Positions 10,226 through 20,440 of a stretch of 64,000 nucleotides of DNA are shown here, piece after piece (within the stretch, counting starts at the first letter, position 1; each line of letters opens with the position of its first letter). Location of the stretch: sequence record PZ445498.1; one strand, written 5' to 3'. The DNA is from a phage. The notes beneath the pieces were generated by a model that was not told the origin of the DNA, searched no databases, and saw nothing but the letters and a program-made list of their open reading frames with translations. The translations under genes and the position numbers were made by a program.

Positions 10226-10594
10226 ATGACAAAACAACAATATTTAATGCTTTGTGAGTCGCTAGGTATTGAACCTGATCCTAAGGCAATGCCTGTTGAA
10301 CTCGAAGATTTTCCACCTATTGTATCTACTAGTATGAATATTTATAACAGTCTTATTGACTGTTTCATACCAGGTGACTTTCCTATTTTTATAGGAAAAG
10401 ACAAAAGTGCACTAGGTGTTTTATTTGATATCTATGGGATTACTGATCCTATAGAGAAAGAGTTTGTTCTACACATCATCAATATATTTGATTCGAAAGC
10501 TGTAGATGCAGCTCGTAAGAGAGCCGAGAAGCATGGTAAACAAAATGGTCGCACTCCGAACATTAAACCGCATGCTAGATCTCGAGCTCAGTAA
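10226..10594 (+). CDS. hypothetical protein (possible tail assembly chaperone partner)
   Basis: 122-aa ORF with weak Shine-Dalgarno; its frame is open from 10139 and overlaps the end of the upstream ORF. Confidence 0.35.
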   Translation: MTKQQYLMLCESLGIEPDPKAMPVELEDFPPIVSTSMNIYNSLIDCFIPGDFPIFIGKDKSALGVLFDIYGITDPIEKEFVLHIINIFDSKAVDAARKRAEKHGKQNGRTPNIKPHARSRAQ

Positions 10595-10629
10595 AAGTTT
10601 CCTCCAATGGGCGTTCCACGATGAGGCTT

Positions 10630-10662
10630 GGCTCTGGGTGATTTGCCCAGAGCCTTTTTTAT
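10630..10662 (+). terminator. intrinsic terminator
   Basis: GGCTCTGGG / CCCAGAGCC 9-bp stem followed by TTTTTT. Confidence 0.75.
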
Positions 10663-10674
10663 TGGGAAAAATAA

Positions 10675-13600
10675 ATGACTGATAAGCTAATACGAGAACT
10701 ACTTATAGATGTAAAGCAGAAAGGGGCAACCCGTACTGCAAAATCTATTGAGAACGTTTCCGATGCGTTAGAAAATGCTGCTGCCGCTTCCGAACTGACT
10801 AATGAGCAGTTAGGAAAAATGCCCAAAACTCTTTACTCCATTGAGAGGGCAGCGGATAGAGCAGCTAAAAGCCTAACTAAAATGCAGGCTAGCAGAAGTA
10901 TGATGGGTATCACCAAATCTATAGATAGTATTGGTGCTAAGTTAGATGACCTTGCTATTGCTATGATTGAGGTATCCGATAAGCTAGAGTCTGGATTTAC
11001 ACATGTTGGTAAATCTGTTAAGGCGATGGGTAACGATGTAGCTGCTGCAACTGAAAAAGTTCAAGATAGATTATATGATACAAACCGTGTTTTGTCGGGT
11101 ACTACTAGAGGCTTCAATGATACTACCACATCCGCAGGTCGTGCTAGTCGTGCTCTAGGTAATACATCTGGTTCTGCACGTGGTGCTACTCGTGACTTCG
11201 CAGCAATGGCTAAAGTTGGTGGTTCTCTACCTCTTATGTATGCTGCTATTGCATCTAACGTGTTCGTTCTACAATCTGCATTCGAACAACTTAAGATGGG
11301 TGACCAGTTAAACCGTCTGGAGAAGTTCGGTACTATTGTAGGTACTCAAACAGGTACTCCGGTACAAACTCTAGCTAGATCTCTACAAGAGGCTGCTGGT
11401 TATGCAATCTCCTTCGAAGAAGCAATGAGACAGGCATCCTCTGCTTCTGCATATGGATTCGATGCTGAACAACTTAATAAATTTGGTCTAGTAGCTCGTC
11501 GTGCTGCTGCTGTTCTTGGTGTTGATATGACTGATGCACTTAACCGTGTAATCAAAGGTGTATCTAAACAAGAAATCGAACTTCTGGACGAACTTGGTGT
11601 TACTATTCGTCTTAATGATGCTTACGCTGACTACGTTAAACAGTTAAATGCTGCTAACACAGGTATCACATATAACGTCAATAGTCTTTCCACTTTCCAA
11701 AAGCAACAAGCATATGCTAACGCAGTAATTGCTGAATCTACTAAACGTTTCGGTTACTTGGATGACGTACTCCGTGCAACTCCATGGGAACAGTTTGCTG
11801 CTAACGCTGATGCTGCACTAAGAAAGGTTCAACAGGCTGCTGCTAAGTATTTAGGGCCGGTAATTGATTCTATTAACGCAGTATTCTATACTTCTCAAGC
11901 ATCTATCTCGGCTTCTGCTGCTAGAGCACAAGAAGAAACTAACCGTCAGATTGACCCAACTAACGTTGGTGCTGTAGCTTTAAGTCTTTTCGCTTCCGAG
12001 GAAGGATATAATAAAGCTCTTGATATGTATAAAGAGTCTCTGGATAAGCGTAATAAACTAAAGACTGAGTTTGATAAACGTATGTCCCAAGCAGATGCTA
12101 GTACTGCTGCCGCTATTAGATTAGTGGGTGAGGGAATGCCTGTTGGATTAGCTGCTGGGGGATTTGAAGTAGGGGGAGTGCGCATAGGTTCTTCCGAAGC
12201 TAACAAAAAGTTTGTAGAAGAAACCGCAGCTATGGGACTACAGGTAGCAAGGTTAGGTAAAGAAGTTGATGACTCTACTGAAAACCTTAATGCTTGGAAA
12301 TCTGCGTATCAAGCTGCTGGTGCTGCGGCTGCTAAGACTAATCCAGAATTTCAGAAGCAGATTAATCTGCAGAAGGATATGAATGACCCTGATGCGGTTT
12401 ATGACTTTAACTCCGCAACTCTGAAAGGACTGACGGAACAGCAGAAAGCATATGATCAGGCTAAGAAAACTGCTAGTGATTTAGCTAACGATATCCAGAA
12501 CATTGCCGAAAATACTAATACTGCGGCTAAAACTAGTGCATCCCTATCGGATACGATTAAGACTATTGAGTCTCTATCTGCCGGCACTGGTAAAAATGCT
12601 GATGAGTATGTTAAGAGTCTGAACTTAGGGTATAATACTCTTAGTGAGATGAAGACTGCCTCACAAGCTCTTGCTGGTTATGTAAAATTAATTAGTAATG
12701 AGACTAAAAATCAGTTAGAAGTTCAGCAAAAGATTGCCGAAGTGTACAACCAGACCAAGGATAAAGAGAAAGCACAGGAAGCGGGTAGACGTCTAGAAAT
12801 CCAACAGTTAGAAGAACAGGAAGCAGCTCTTAAGCGTGTCCTAGAAACTAACAAGGGTAACAAGGCAATTGAGAATGAAATAGCTAAGGTTCAGTTAGAA
12901 CGTATCAAAATTACTAACCAGGACATGGAAGCTCAGAAGAAAGTTAAGGACTATACGGATAAGATTCTTGGTGTTGATCGTGAAATAGCTCTCCTGAATA
13001 ACCGTACTATGACAGATACTCAATATCGTTTAGCTCAGTTGAACCTTGAACTGACTATCGAGAAAGAGAAGTATGTGTGGTACTCCAAGCAGATTGATAA
13101 GCAGAAGGAAGCTGAACAATCAAGACGTGCTCAGGCACAGATTGAGCGTGAAATCTGGAAAGCTAGGTTAGATAATATATCCAGAGTTGCAGCAAAAAGA
13201 CAGGAAGCATTTGAGAATACATTAACTGGCATGTACCCTCTAGCAGGGGAAATGCAAAAGATGGAAATGCAGTTAGAATTCTATAAACAAATGAAAGAGT
13301 TTACTAAAGGTAATGCGGATGAACAGATGCGATGGAATTCTGAGATATCAAAAACTCAAGCACAAATGTCCGCATTAGCAGCCCAAAGAAATGCTCAAAT
13401 GCAACAACAAGTAGGTTCATCTGTAGGAGCTACATATACACCTACAACTGGACTATCTGGAGATGACAAAGCTTTCGCGGATATGCAGAATAGAATGGCA
13501 TCCTATGACCAGGCTATCTCTAAACTATCCGAGCTGAACTCTGAAGCAACTGCAGTGGCACAAAGTATGGGTAACCTAACTAATGCTATGATTCAGTTCT

Positions 13601-14385
13601 CTCAGGGATCTCTGGATACTACATCTTTAGTTGCTGCTGGTATGCAAACTGTGTCTTCAATGATTCAGTATAGTGTTGGTCAACAGGTAAGTGCTATTGA
13701 TGCAGCTATTGCAGCAGAACAGAAACGTGATGGTAAATCTGAGCAATCCAAAGCTAAGATCAAGAAGTTAGAGGCTGAAAAGCTCAAGATCCAGCAAGAT
13801 GCAGCTAAGAAGCAAATCATTATCCAGACGGCAGTAGCGGTGATGCAAGCAGCAACAGCTGTTCCATACCCATTTTCTATTCCTCTGATGGTTGCGGCTG
13901 GTTTAGCAGGTGCTATGGCTCTTGCTCAAGCATCCTCTGCATCTGGTATGTCTTCTATTGGGGACTCTGGTGCTGAGACAGCTGGTTACTTAACTCTTGG
14001 AGAGCGCCAGAAGAACGTAGACGTTTCTATGTCGGCTAACGCAGGAGAACTTTCTTATATTCGAGGGGATCAAGGGATTGGTAATGCTAACTCTTTCGTA
14101 CCTCGTGCAGAAGGTGGTAATATGTATCCTGGAGTTAGTTACCAGATGGGTGAGCATGGTACCGAAGTAATCACTCCTATGGTTCCGATGAAGGCTACTC
14201 CTACTGATGAACTCAAAGGATCTTCAAAGGGTACATCGGGTAGACCTATTGTGCTGAATATCAGTACGATGGATGCGGCTAGCTTCCGAGACTTTGCTTC
14301 GAGCAACAGTGCTGCTTTCAGGGATGCCGTGGAACAGGCTCTTAATGAGAATGGAACCACCCTGAAATCACTTGGTAATTCTTAA
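10675..14385 (+). CDS. tail tape measure protein (pb2-like)
   Basis: 1236 aa; long coiled-coil/alpha-helical Ala/Gln/Lys-rich protein with C-terminal hydrophobic segment; position before distal tail and hub genes. Confidence 0.85.
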   Translation: MTDKLIRELLIDVKQKGATRTAKSIENVSDALENAAAASELTNEQLGKMPKTLYSIERAADRAAKSLTKMQASRSMMGITKSIDSIGAKLDDLAIAMIEVSDKLESGFTHVGKSVKAMGNDVAAATEKVQDRLYDTNRVLSGTTRGFNDTTTSAGRASRALGNTSGSARGATRDFAAMAKVGGSLPLMYAAIASNVFVLQSAFEQLKMGDQLNRLEKFGTIVGTQTGTPVQTLARSLQEAAGYAISFEEAMRQASSASAYGFDAEQLNKFGLVARRAAAVLGVDMTDALNRVIKGVSKQEIELLDELGVTIRLNDAYADYVKQLNAANTGITYNVNSLSTFQKQQAYANAVIAESTKRFGYLDDVLRATPWEQFAANADAALRKVQQAAAKYLGPVIDSINAVFYTSQASISASAARAQEETNRQIDPTNVGAVALSLFASEEGYNKALDMYKESLDKRNKLKTEFDKRMSQADASTAAAIRLVGEGMPVGLAAGGFEVGGVRIGSSEANKKFVEETAAMGLQVARLGKEVDDSTENLNAWKSAYQAAGAAAAKTNPEFQKQINLQKDMNDPDAVYDFNSATLKGLTEQQKAYDQAKKTASDLANDIQNIAENTNTAAKTSASLSDTIKTIESLSAGTGKNADEYVKSLNLGYNTLSEMKTASQALAGYVKLISNETKNQLEVQQKIAEVYNQTKDKEKAQEAGRRLEIQQLEEQEAALKRVLETNKGNKAIENEIAKVQLERIKITNQDMEAQKKVKDYTDKILGVDREIALLNNRTMTDTQYRLAQLNLELTIEKEKYVWYSKQIDKQKEAEQSRRAQAQIEREIWKARLDNISRVAAKRQEAFENTLTGMYPLAGEMQKMEMQLEFYKQMKEFTKGNADEQMRWNSEISKTQAQMSALAAQRNAQMQQQVGSSVGATYTPTTGLSGDDKAFADMQNRMASYDQAISKLSELNSEATAVAQSMGNLTNAMIQFSQGSLDTTSLVAAGMQTVSSMIQYSVGQQVSAIDAAIAAEQKRDGKSEQSKAKIKKLEAEKLKIQQDAAKKQIIIQTAVAVMQAATAVPYPFSIPLMVAAGLAGAMALAQASSASGMSSIGDSGAETAGYLTLGERQKNVDVSMSANAGELSYIRGDQGIGNANSFVPRAEGGNMYPGVSYQMGEHGTEVITPMVPMKATPTDELKGSSKGTSGRPIVLNISTMDAASFRDFASSNSAAFRDAVEQALNENGTTLKSLGNS

Positions 14386-14392
14386 TACTGGA

Positions 14393-14420
14393 GGAGGACA
14401 TAAAGTCCTCCTTTTCTTTA
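14393..14420 (+). terminator. intrinsic terminator after tape measure gene
   Basis: GGAGGAC-ATAAA-GTCCTCC hairpin followed by TTTTCTTT. Confidence 0.75.
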
Positions 14421-14438
14421 TGGAAAAATAAAAATTTC

Positions 14439-14467
14439 TTGATAAAATTTTCCAATCCTATTATAAT
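14439..14467 (+). promoter_or_regulatory. sigma70-like promoter (TTGATA-N17-TATAAT) upstream of distal tail protein gene
   Basis: -35 TTGATA at 14439-14444, 17-nt spacer, -10 TATAAT at 14462-14467; GGAG Shine-Dalgarno before ATG at 14494. Confidence 0.55.
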
Positions 14468-14493
14468 ATTGTTATTAAGAGGAGAAATTAACT

Positions 14494-15108
14494 ATGAGAC
14501 TACCAGACCCATACACGAACCCAGAGCTATCAGGGTTAGGTTTTGAAAGCGTTAACTTAGTAGACAATGACCCTATGATTCGTGATGAATTACCTAATGG
14601 TAAAGTTAGGGAGGTTAAGGTGTCTGCTCAATATTGGGGTATTAATATCTCTTATCCAGAATTATTCCCAGATGAATTTGCTAAATTAGACTCATTCATT
14701 CTAGATTATAAAAGAACAGGTAGCTATATTGATGTGTTATTACCACAATATGAAGCCTTCCGAGTTCGTGGTGATACTAGTGCTGTAAATATTCCTGCTG
14801 GACAAAAAGGTTCAACAGTTATTATGGACACTAAAGGTACACTTCGTGGACTGCCTAAACCAGGCGATTTATTTAAGTTGTCCAATCATCCAAAAGTGTA
14901 TAAAATCACTTCTATCAACATAGCAGGAAATACTTGGAATATAAGTGTTTACCCTGATCTATTCATTACTACTACGGGTAGTGAGAAACCAGTATTTAAT
15001 GGTATTCTATTTAGAACTAAATTAATGAATGGAGACAGCTTCGGCTCTACGTTAAATAGCAATGGTACATATACTGGTATTTCACTTTCCTTGAGGGAAA
15101 GTCTATGA
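14494..15108 (+). CDS. distal tail protein (pb9-like)
   Basis: 204 aa; first gene after tape measure; size matches T5 distal tail protein. Confidence 0.6.
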   Translation: MRLPDPYTNPELSGLGFESVNLVDNDPMIRDELPNGKVREVKVSAQYWGINISYPELFPDEFAKLDSFILDYKRTGSYIDVLLPQYEAFRVRGDTSAVNIPAGQKGSTVIMDTKGTLRGLPKPGDLFKLSNHPKVYKITSINIAGNTWNISVYPDLFITTTGSEKPVFNGILFRTKLMNGDSFGSTLNSNGTYTGISLSLRESL

Positions 15109-17954
15109 AGAAAATTCTTGACAGTGCAAGAGAGTATTTAAGAACCAATAATAAAATAAAAACTGCATGCCTTATTACTCTTGAATTGCCAAGCTCTACT
15201 GGATCAAGTTCTGCCTACATATATCTTACAGATTATTTTAGAGATGTAAGATATAATGGGATTCTTTATACATCCGGTAAGGTTAAGTCTATAACAACAC
15301 ATAAACAAAATAGAGATCTTTCCATTGGTAGTCTTTCTTTTACTATCACAGGTACTGCTGAGGATGAAGTATTAAAACTAGTCCAAAATGGTGTATCATT
15401 CCTAGATAGATCCATCTCAATCCATCAAGCGGTTATTGATGAAGAAGGTAACATTCTTCCTGTAGATCCAGACACTAATGGTCCTTTACTTTACTTCCGT
15501 GGTAAAATCACTGGTGGTGGTATTAAGGATAACATTGGTACTTCTGGAATTAGCACATCCACTATCACATGGAACTGTTCGAACCAGTTTTACGACTTTG
15601 ATAGAGTAAACGGACGTTTCACAGACGATGCTGACCATAGGGGACTTGAGATTGTTGCTGGCCAATTAGTTCCATCTAATGGTGCTAAGCGACCTGAATA
15701 TCAAGAGGACTATGGATTCTTCCACGCTAACAAGAGTATTTCTATTCTTGCTAAATATCAGGTTCAGGAAGAGCGTTACAAGTTACAGTCTAAGAAAAAG
15801 TTATTTGGTCTTTCTAGAAGCTATAGCCTAAAGAAATACTATGAGACTGTGACTAAGGAAGTTGACATCGATTTTAACTTAGCGGCTAAGTTCCTTCCAG
15901 TAGTGTATGGAACTCAGAAAATCCCTGGAATCCCCGTATTTGCGGATACTGAGCTGCATAACCCTAATATCGTATATATAGTATACGCCTTCTGTGAGGG
16001 TGAGATTGATGGATTTCTAGATTTCTACTTTGGTGATGTACCAATGATCTGTATTGATCCTAACGATAGTAAGTCTCGTACTTGCTTTGGTACTAAGAAA
16101 GTAGCTGGAGATACCATGCAACGTATTGCTTCTGGCCAATCAAGCTCTGAACCCTCTGTTCATGGACAGGAATATAGGTATAACGATGGTAATGGCGATA
16201 TACGTATCTGGACTTATCATGGTAAAACAGACCAATCTGCTGCGGATGTTCTAGTTAACATTGCAAAAGAGAAAGGTTTCTACCTACAGAACATGAATGA
16301 GAATGGACCAGAATACTGGGACTCTCGTTATAAACTGTTAGATACTGCTTACGCTATTGTTCGATTTACTATTAATGAAAACAGAACAGAAATTCCAGAA
16401 GTTAGCGCTGAAGTTCAGGGTAAGAAGATTAAGATCTATCATTCAGATGGTAGAGTAACTGCTGATAAGACTAGCTTAAATGGTATCTGGCAAACTCTGG
16501 ACTACCTAACCTCTGATCGCTATGGTGCTAATATCACTATTGATCAGTTCCCTCTCCAGCAACTTATTCAAGAAGCAGCTATTCTGGATATAATTGATGA
16601 ATCCTATCAGGTTTCTTGGCAACCCTACTGGAGATACGTTGGATGGACTGATGCTGTAGGAGAGAATAGACAAATAGTTCAAATGAATACTATTCTCGAT
16701 ACCTCTGAGTCAGTATTTAAAAACGTGCAGGGATTAATAGAGTCTTATGGAGGTGCTATCAACAACTTATCTGGTCAGTATAGAATAACTGTTGAGAAGT
16801 TCTCGAATACTCCACTGGAGATTGACTTCTTAGATACCTATGGTGATCTGGAATTGTCAGATACTACTGGCAGAAATAAATTCAACTCAGTACAAGCCTC
16901 TATATTAGATCCTGCATTAAGCTGGAAAACTAACTCCATTACATTCTTTAACTCTATATTTAAAGAACAAGATAAAGGATTAGATAAAAAACTTCAGCTT
17001 TCTTTTGCAAACATCACTAACTATTATACTGCACGTAGCTTTGCAGATAGAGAACTGAAAAAATCTCGTTACTCACGAACTCTCACATTCTCATTACCAT
17101 ATCATTTCATAGGTATTGAGCCTAACGATCCGGTTGCTTTTACATATGGTCGTTATGGTTGGGATAAGAAATACTTCCTAGTTGATGAAGTTGAAAACTC
17201 TAGAGAAGGTAAGATTAATATTACACTGCAAGAGTATGGTGAGGATGTATTCATTAACTCCGAGCAGGTTGATAATAGTGGTAACGATATCCCTGATGTT
17301 AGTAATAACGTACTGCCTCCTAGAGACTTTATGTACACACCAACACCGGGTGGACAAGTAGGATCTATTGGTAAGAATGGTGAGCTATCTTGGCTTCCTA
17401 GCTTAACTAATAACGTTGTTTATTACTCCATCGTTCATTCTGGACATGCTGATCCTTATATCGTACAGCAACTAGAAACTAATCCAAATCTACGAATGAT
17501 CCAAGAAATTATTGGAGAACCTGCTGGTTTAGCAGTCTTTGAGATTAGAGCTGTAGATATTAATGGTAGACGAAGTTCTCCTGTAACACTATCGGTAGAA
17601 CTTAACTCTGCTAAAAACTTAAGCGTCGTTAGTAATTTCAGGGTTACTAACACAGCTTCAGGAGATGCATCGGAGTTTGTAGGACCAGACGTTAAGTTGG
17701 CCTGGGATAGAATTCTAGAAGAAGATATCATTGATGGAATCTTCTACACTCTCGAAATCTACGATAACCTAGATAGTTTATTAAGAAGTGTACGAATTGA
17801 AGATCAGTATGTCTACGATTATCTACTGATATACAATAAGGCAGACTATGCTCTTCATAACGAGGATGCTCTAGGTATTAATAGGAAGTTACGCTTCCGT
17901 ATAAGAGCAGAAGGTGATAATGGCGAGCAATCTGTGGATTGGGCATCTATTTAA
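15105..17954 (+). CDS. baseplate hub protein (pb3-like)
   Basis: 949 aa; follows distal tail protein gene with overlapping start; size matches T5 pb3. Confidence 0.7.
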   Translation: MKKILDSAREYLRTNNKIKTACLITLELPSSTGSSSAYIYLTDYFRDVRYNGILYTSGKVKSITTHKQNRDLSIGSLSFTITGTAEDEVLKLVQNGVSFLDRSISIHQAVIDEEGNILPVDPDTNGPLLYFRGKITGGGIKDNIGTSGISTSTITWNCSNQFYDFDRVNGRFTDDADHRGLEIVAGQLVPSNGAKRPEYQEDYGFFHANKSISILAKYQVQEERYKLQSKKKLFGLSRSYSLKKYYETVTKEVDIDFNLAAKFLPVVYGTQKIPGIPVFADTELHNPNIVYIVYAFCEGEIDGFLDFYFGDVPMICIDPNDSKSRTCFGTKKVAGDTMQRIASGQSSSEPSVHGQEYRYNDGNGDIRIWTYHGKTDQSAADVLVNIAKEKGFYLQNMNENGPEYWDSRYKLLDTAYAIVRFTINENRTEIPEVSAEVQGKKIKIYHSDGRVTADKTSLNGIWQTLDYLTSDRYGANITIDQFPLQQLIQEAAILDIIDESYQVSWQPYWRYVGWTDAVGENRQIVQMNTILDTSESVFKNVQGLIESYGGAINNLSGQYRITVEKFSNTPLEIDFLDTYGDLELSDTTGRNKFNSVQASILDPALSWKTNSITFFNSIFKEQDKGLDKKLQLSFANITNYYTARSFADRELKKSRYSRTLTFSLPYHFIGIEPNDPVAFTYGRYGWDKKYFLVDEVENSREGKINITLQEYGEDVFINSEQVDNSGNDIPDVSNNVLPPRDFMYTPTPGGQVGSIGKNGELSWLPSLTNNVVYYSIVHSGHADPYIVQQLETNPNLRMIQEIIGEPAGLAVFEIRAVDINGRRSSPVTLSVELNSAKNLSVVSNFRVTNTASGDASEFVGPDVKLAWDRILEEDIIDGIFYTLEIYDNLDSLLRSVRIEDQYVYDYLLIYNKADYALHNEDALGINRKLRFRIRAEGDNGEQSVDWASI

Positions 17955-20012
17955 ATGATTTCGAATAATGCACCAGCCAAGATGGTCTTAAATAGTATTA
18001 TGACTGGATATACTATGGCGTATATCCAGCATTCTATCTATACCGACTACGATGTTATCGGTAGATCATTCTGGCTTAAACTTGGCGAAGAAGTGGATAG
18101 AAGAGATTTCACTGGAATCGACACTTTCTTTGTTATGATCAATAACTTAACTCCTTCAACTACCTATCAGGTTCAGGGAGCGTTTTATGACTCAATTATT
18201 GACTCAGAACTTTTAAATGCAAAAATTGGTATTAACCTCTCTAATGAAACTAACTTTAAAACAAAAGAGAAGCCAATAATTGTTGCAGCAAGATCTGAGT
18301 CAGAACCTGTGGATGTTGGGGTGGGCGCACCAATAGTTGTTGTGGAAACAACTGGTGAAGCAAGCTACTGTACTATTGAGTTAAAAAGTACAGCCACTGA
18401 AGACAGTCCATGGACTAAATATTACATTGGGGCTTTAGGTTCTACTATTAAATTTGGTGGAGTTCCTATCGGAGATTATAAGATCAGAATATCTGGTCAA
18501 GTAACTATGCCTGATGGTGTTACAGTTGATTCTTCTGGGTACTATGAGTTTCCTAATATTCTAACTGTAGCCTATAACTTTGTTCCTCCTACTGCACCTA
18601 TCGATATTGTTTTTAAAGCTGCACGAATTGCTGATGGTAAAGAACGATATGATGTTAGAATTGAGTGGGACTGGGAACGTGGTGCTGGTGCTAATGTTCG
18701 TGAGTTCTTGGTTACTTATATAAACTCCGAAGAATACGCTAAAACCGGATGGGCTAAAGCTCAAAAGATAAACGTGGGTGCTGCCAGAGCTGCAACAATT
18801 ATATCATTCCCATGGAAAGTTGAACATACTTTTAAGGTATCATCAATTGCCTGGGGACCAAATAAACAAGATATAACAGAGTCATCTCCTGTAACATTTA
18901 TTCTGAATGAAGATACTCCTCTAGATAATAGTTTTGTCAATGAGACGGGTATTGATGTTAACTATGCCTTTATTAAGGGTAGTATGAAAGATGGGGAAAT
19001 CTGGAGACAAACATTCCTAATTGATGCAGCTACTGGTGCTATTAACATTGGTCTGCTAGATGAAGAAGGTAAAGCACCTATTTCTTTTGACCCTATAAAC
19101 CGTGTTGTTAACGTTGATGGCAAAGTAATTACTAGAGATATTAATGCTGCGAACTTTATCATGACTAACTTGTCTGGTAAAGATAACCCAGCAATTTACA
19201 CTCAAGGTAAATCCTGGGGGGATAATAACTCTGGTATTTGGATGGGTATGGATAATACCTCTGCCAAAGCTAAGTTAGACATTGGTAATGCTACACAATG
19301 GATACGTTATGATGGTACTACTCTGCGTATTTCTAGTGGTGTAGTAATTGGAACACCAAATGGTGACGTAGATATTGGAACTGGTTTACAAGGTAAGCAA
19401 ACAGTATTTGTTTATAAGTTAGCAACATCTTTACCGGCCAAACCGTTAGAACAAGATTATCCACCTCCTGGTTGGTCAAAAACTCCACCTAACCGTACAG
19501 ATATGACACAAAATATCTATGCGACTACAGGTACACTTGATCCAGTTACTAACAAACTTCTTGAAGGTACTAGCTGGTCTGATGTAGTTCAATGGAGTGG
19601 TACTGAAGGTACTATAGGACATGATGGACAGCGTGGTCCTGGGATGTACTCCATGGGTATTCCTGGATTAGGCGGTTGGGATGATGGACAAGCTAACGCA
19701 TTCTTTCAAAATAACTTTGGAAAACCTCCGGTTAAATACGATGTTCTAACACAATTTAACAGTAATGCTCCACAAACAGCATTTACCCGCCAATGGAACG
19801 GGGGTGGATGGATTAACCCTGCAATGGTTCTTCATGGAAACATGATTGTTAATGGAACTGTAACTGCGGATAAGATTGTGGCAGGAAATGCCTTCTTATC
19901 ACAAATAGGTGTTAATATAATCTACGATAGAAATGCTGCGTTATCAGGGAACCCTGAAGCATACTACAAGATGAAGATAGACCTAAATAGTGGGTATATC
20001 CATATAAGGTAA
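17955..20012 (+). CDS. central straight fibre protein (pb4-like)
   Basis: 685 aa; follows hub gene; position and size. Confidence 0.6.
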   Translation: MISNNAPAKMVLNSIMTGYTMAYIQHSIYTDYDVIGRSFWLKLGEEVDRRDFTGIDTFFVMINNLTPSTTYQVQGAFYDSIIDSELLNAKIGINLSNETNFKTKEKPIIVAARSESEPVDVGVGAPIVVVETTGEASYCTIELKSTATEDSPWTKYYIGALGSTIKFGGVPIGDYKIRISGQVTMPDGVTVDSSGYYEFPNILTVAYNFVPPTAPIDIVFKAARIADGKERYDVRIEWDWERGAGANVREFLVTYINSEEYAKTGWAKAQKINVGAARAATIISFPWKVEHTFKVSSIAWGPNKQDITESSPVTFILNEDTPLDNSFVNETGIDVNYAFIKGSMKDGEIWRQTFLIDAATGAINIGLLDEEGKAPISFDPINRVVNVDGKVITRDINAANFIMTNLSGKDNPAIYTQGKSWGDNNSGIWMGMDNTSAKAKLDIGNATQWIRYDGTTLRISSGVVIGTPNGDVDIGTGLQGKQTVFVYKLATSLPAKPLEQDYPPPGWSKTPPNRTDMTQNIYATTGTLDPVTNKLLEGTSWSDVVQWSGTEGTIGHDGQRGPGMYSMGIPGLGGWDDGQANAFFQNNFGKPPVKYDVLTQFNSNAPQTAFTRQWNGGGWINPAMVLHGNMIVNGTVTADKIVAGNAFLSQIGVNIIYDRNAALSGNPEAYYKMKIDLNSGYIHIR

Positions 20013-20017
20013 TTATA

Positions 20018-20440
20018 ATGAGTACAGAAAACCGAGTTATTGATATTGTTGTTGATGAGAAAGTGCCTTATAGTCTTATCATGCAATTTATAGATGTTGA
20101 TGACAGTGTATATCCACCAACAGAAGTTCCTGTTAACTTAACCGGATATTCACTCCGAGGAACTATTAAATCTAGTCTAGATGAGAACGCCGAGGTTCTA
20201 GCTAACTTTAAAACTCAAGTTATTAATGCTGCTCAAGGTGCTGCTGCAATTAGTCTTTCCATTGCAGATACTACTAATATTGGTGAAAAAGCATCTAAAG
20301 AACGTGATAAGTATAACCCGAGACAACGTTTTGCTGGTTATTATGATATCCTAATGACTCGTGATGTGATTGGCTCTGAAGTCAATTCTTTCCGTATTAT
20401 GGAAGGTAAAGTATACATCAGTTATGGAGTAACTCAATAA
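20018..20440 (+). CDS. collar protein (p132-like)
   Basis: 140 aa; immediately upstream of the tail fibre gene. Confidence 0.5.
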   Translation: MSTENRVIDIVVDEKVPYSLIMQFIDVDDSVYPPTEVPVNLTGYSLRGTIKSSLDENAEVLANFKTQVINAAQGAAAISLSIADTTNIGEKASKERDKYNPRQRFAGYYDILMTRDVIGSEVNSFRIMEGKVYISYGVTQ

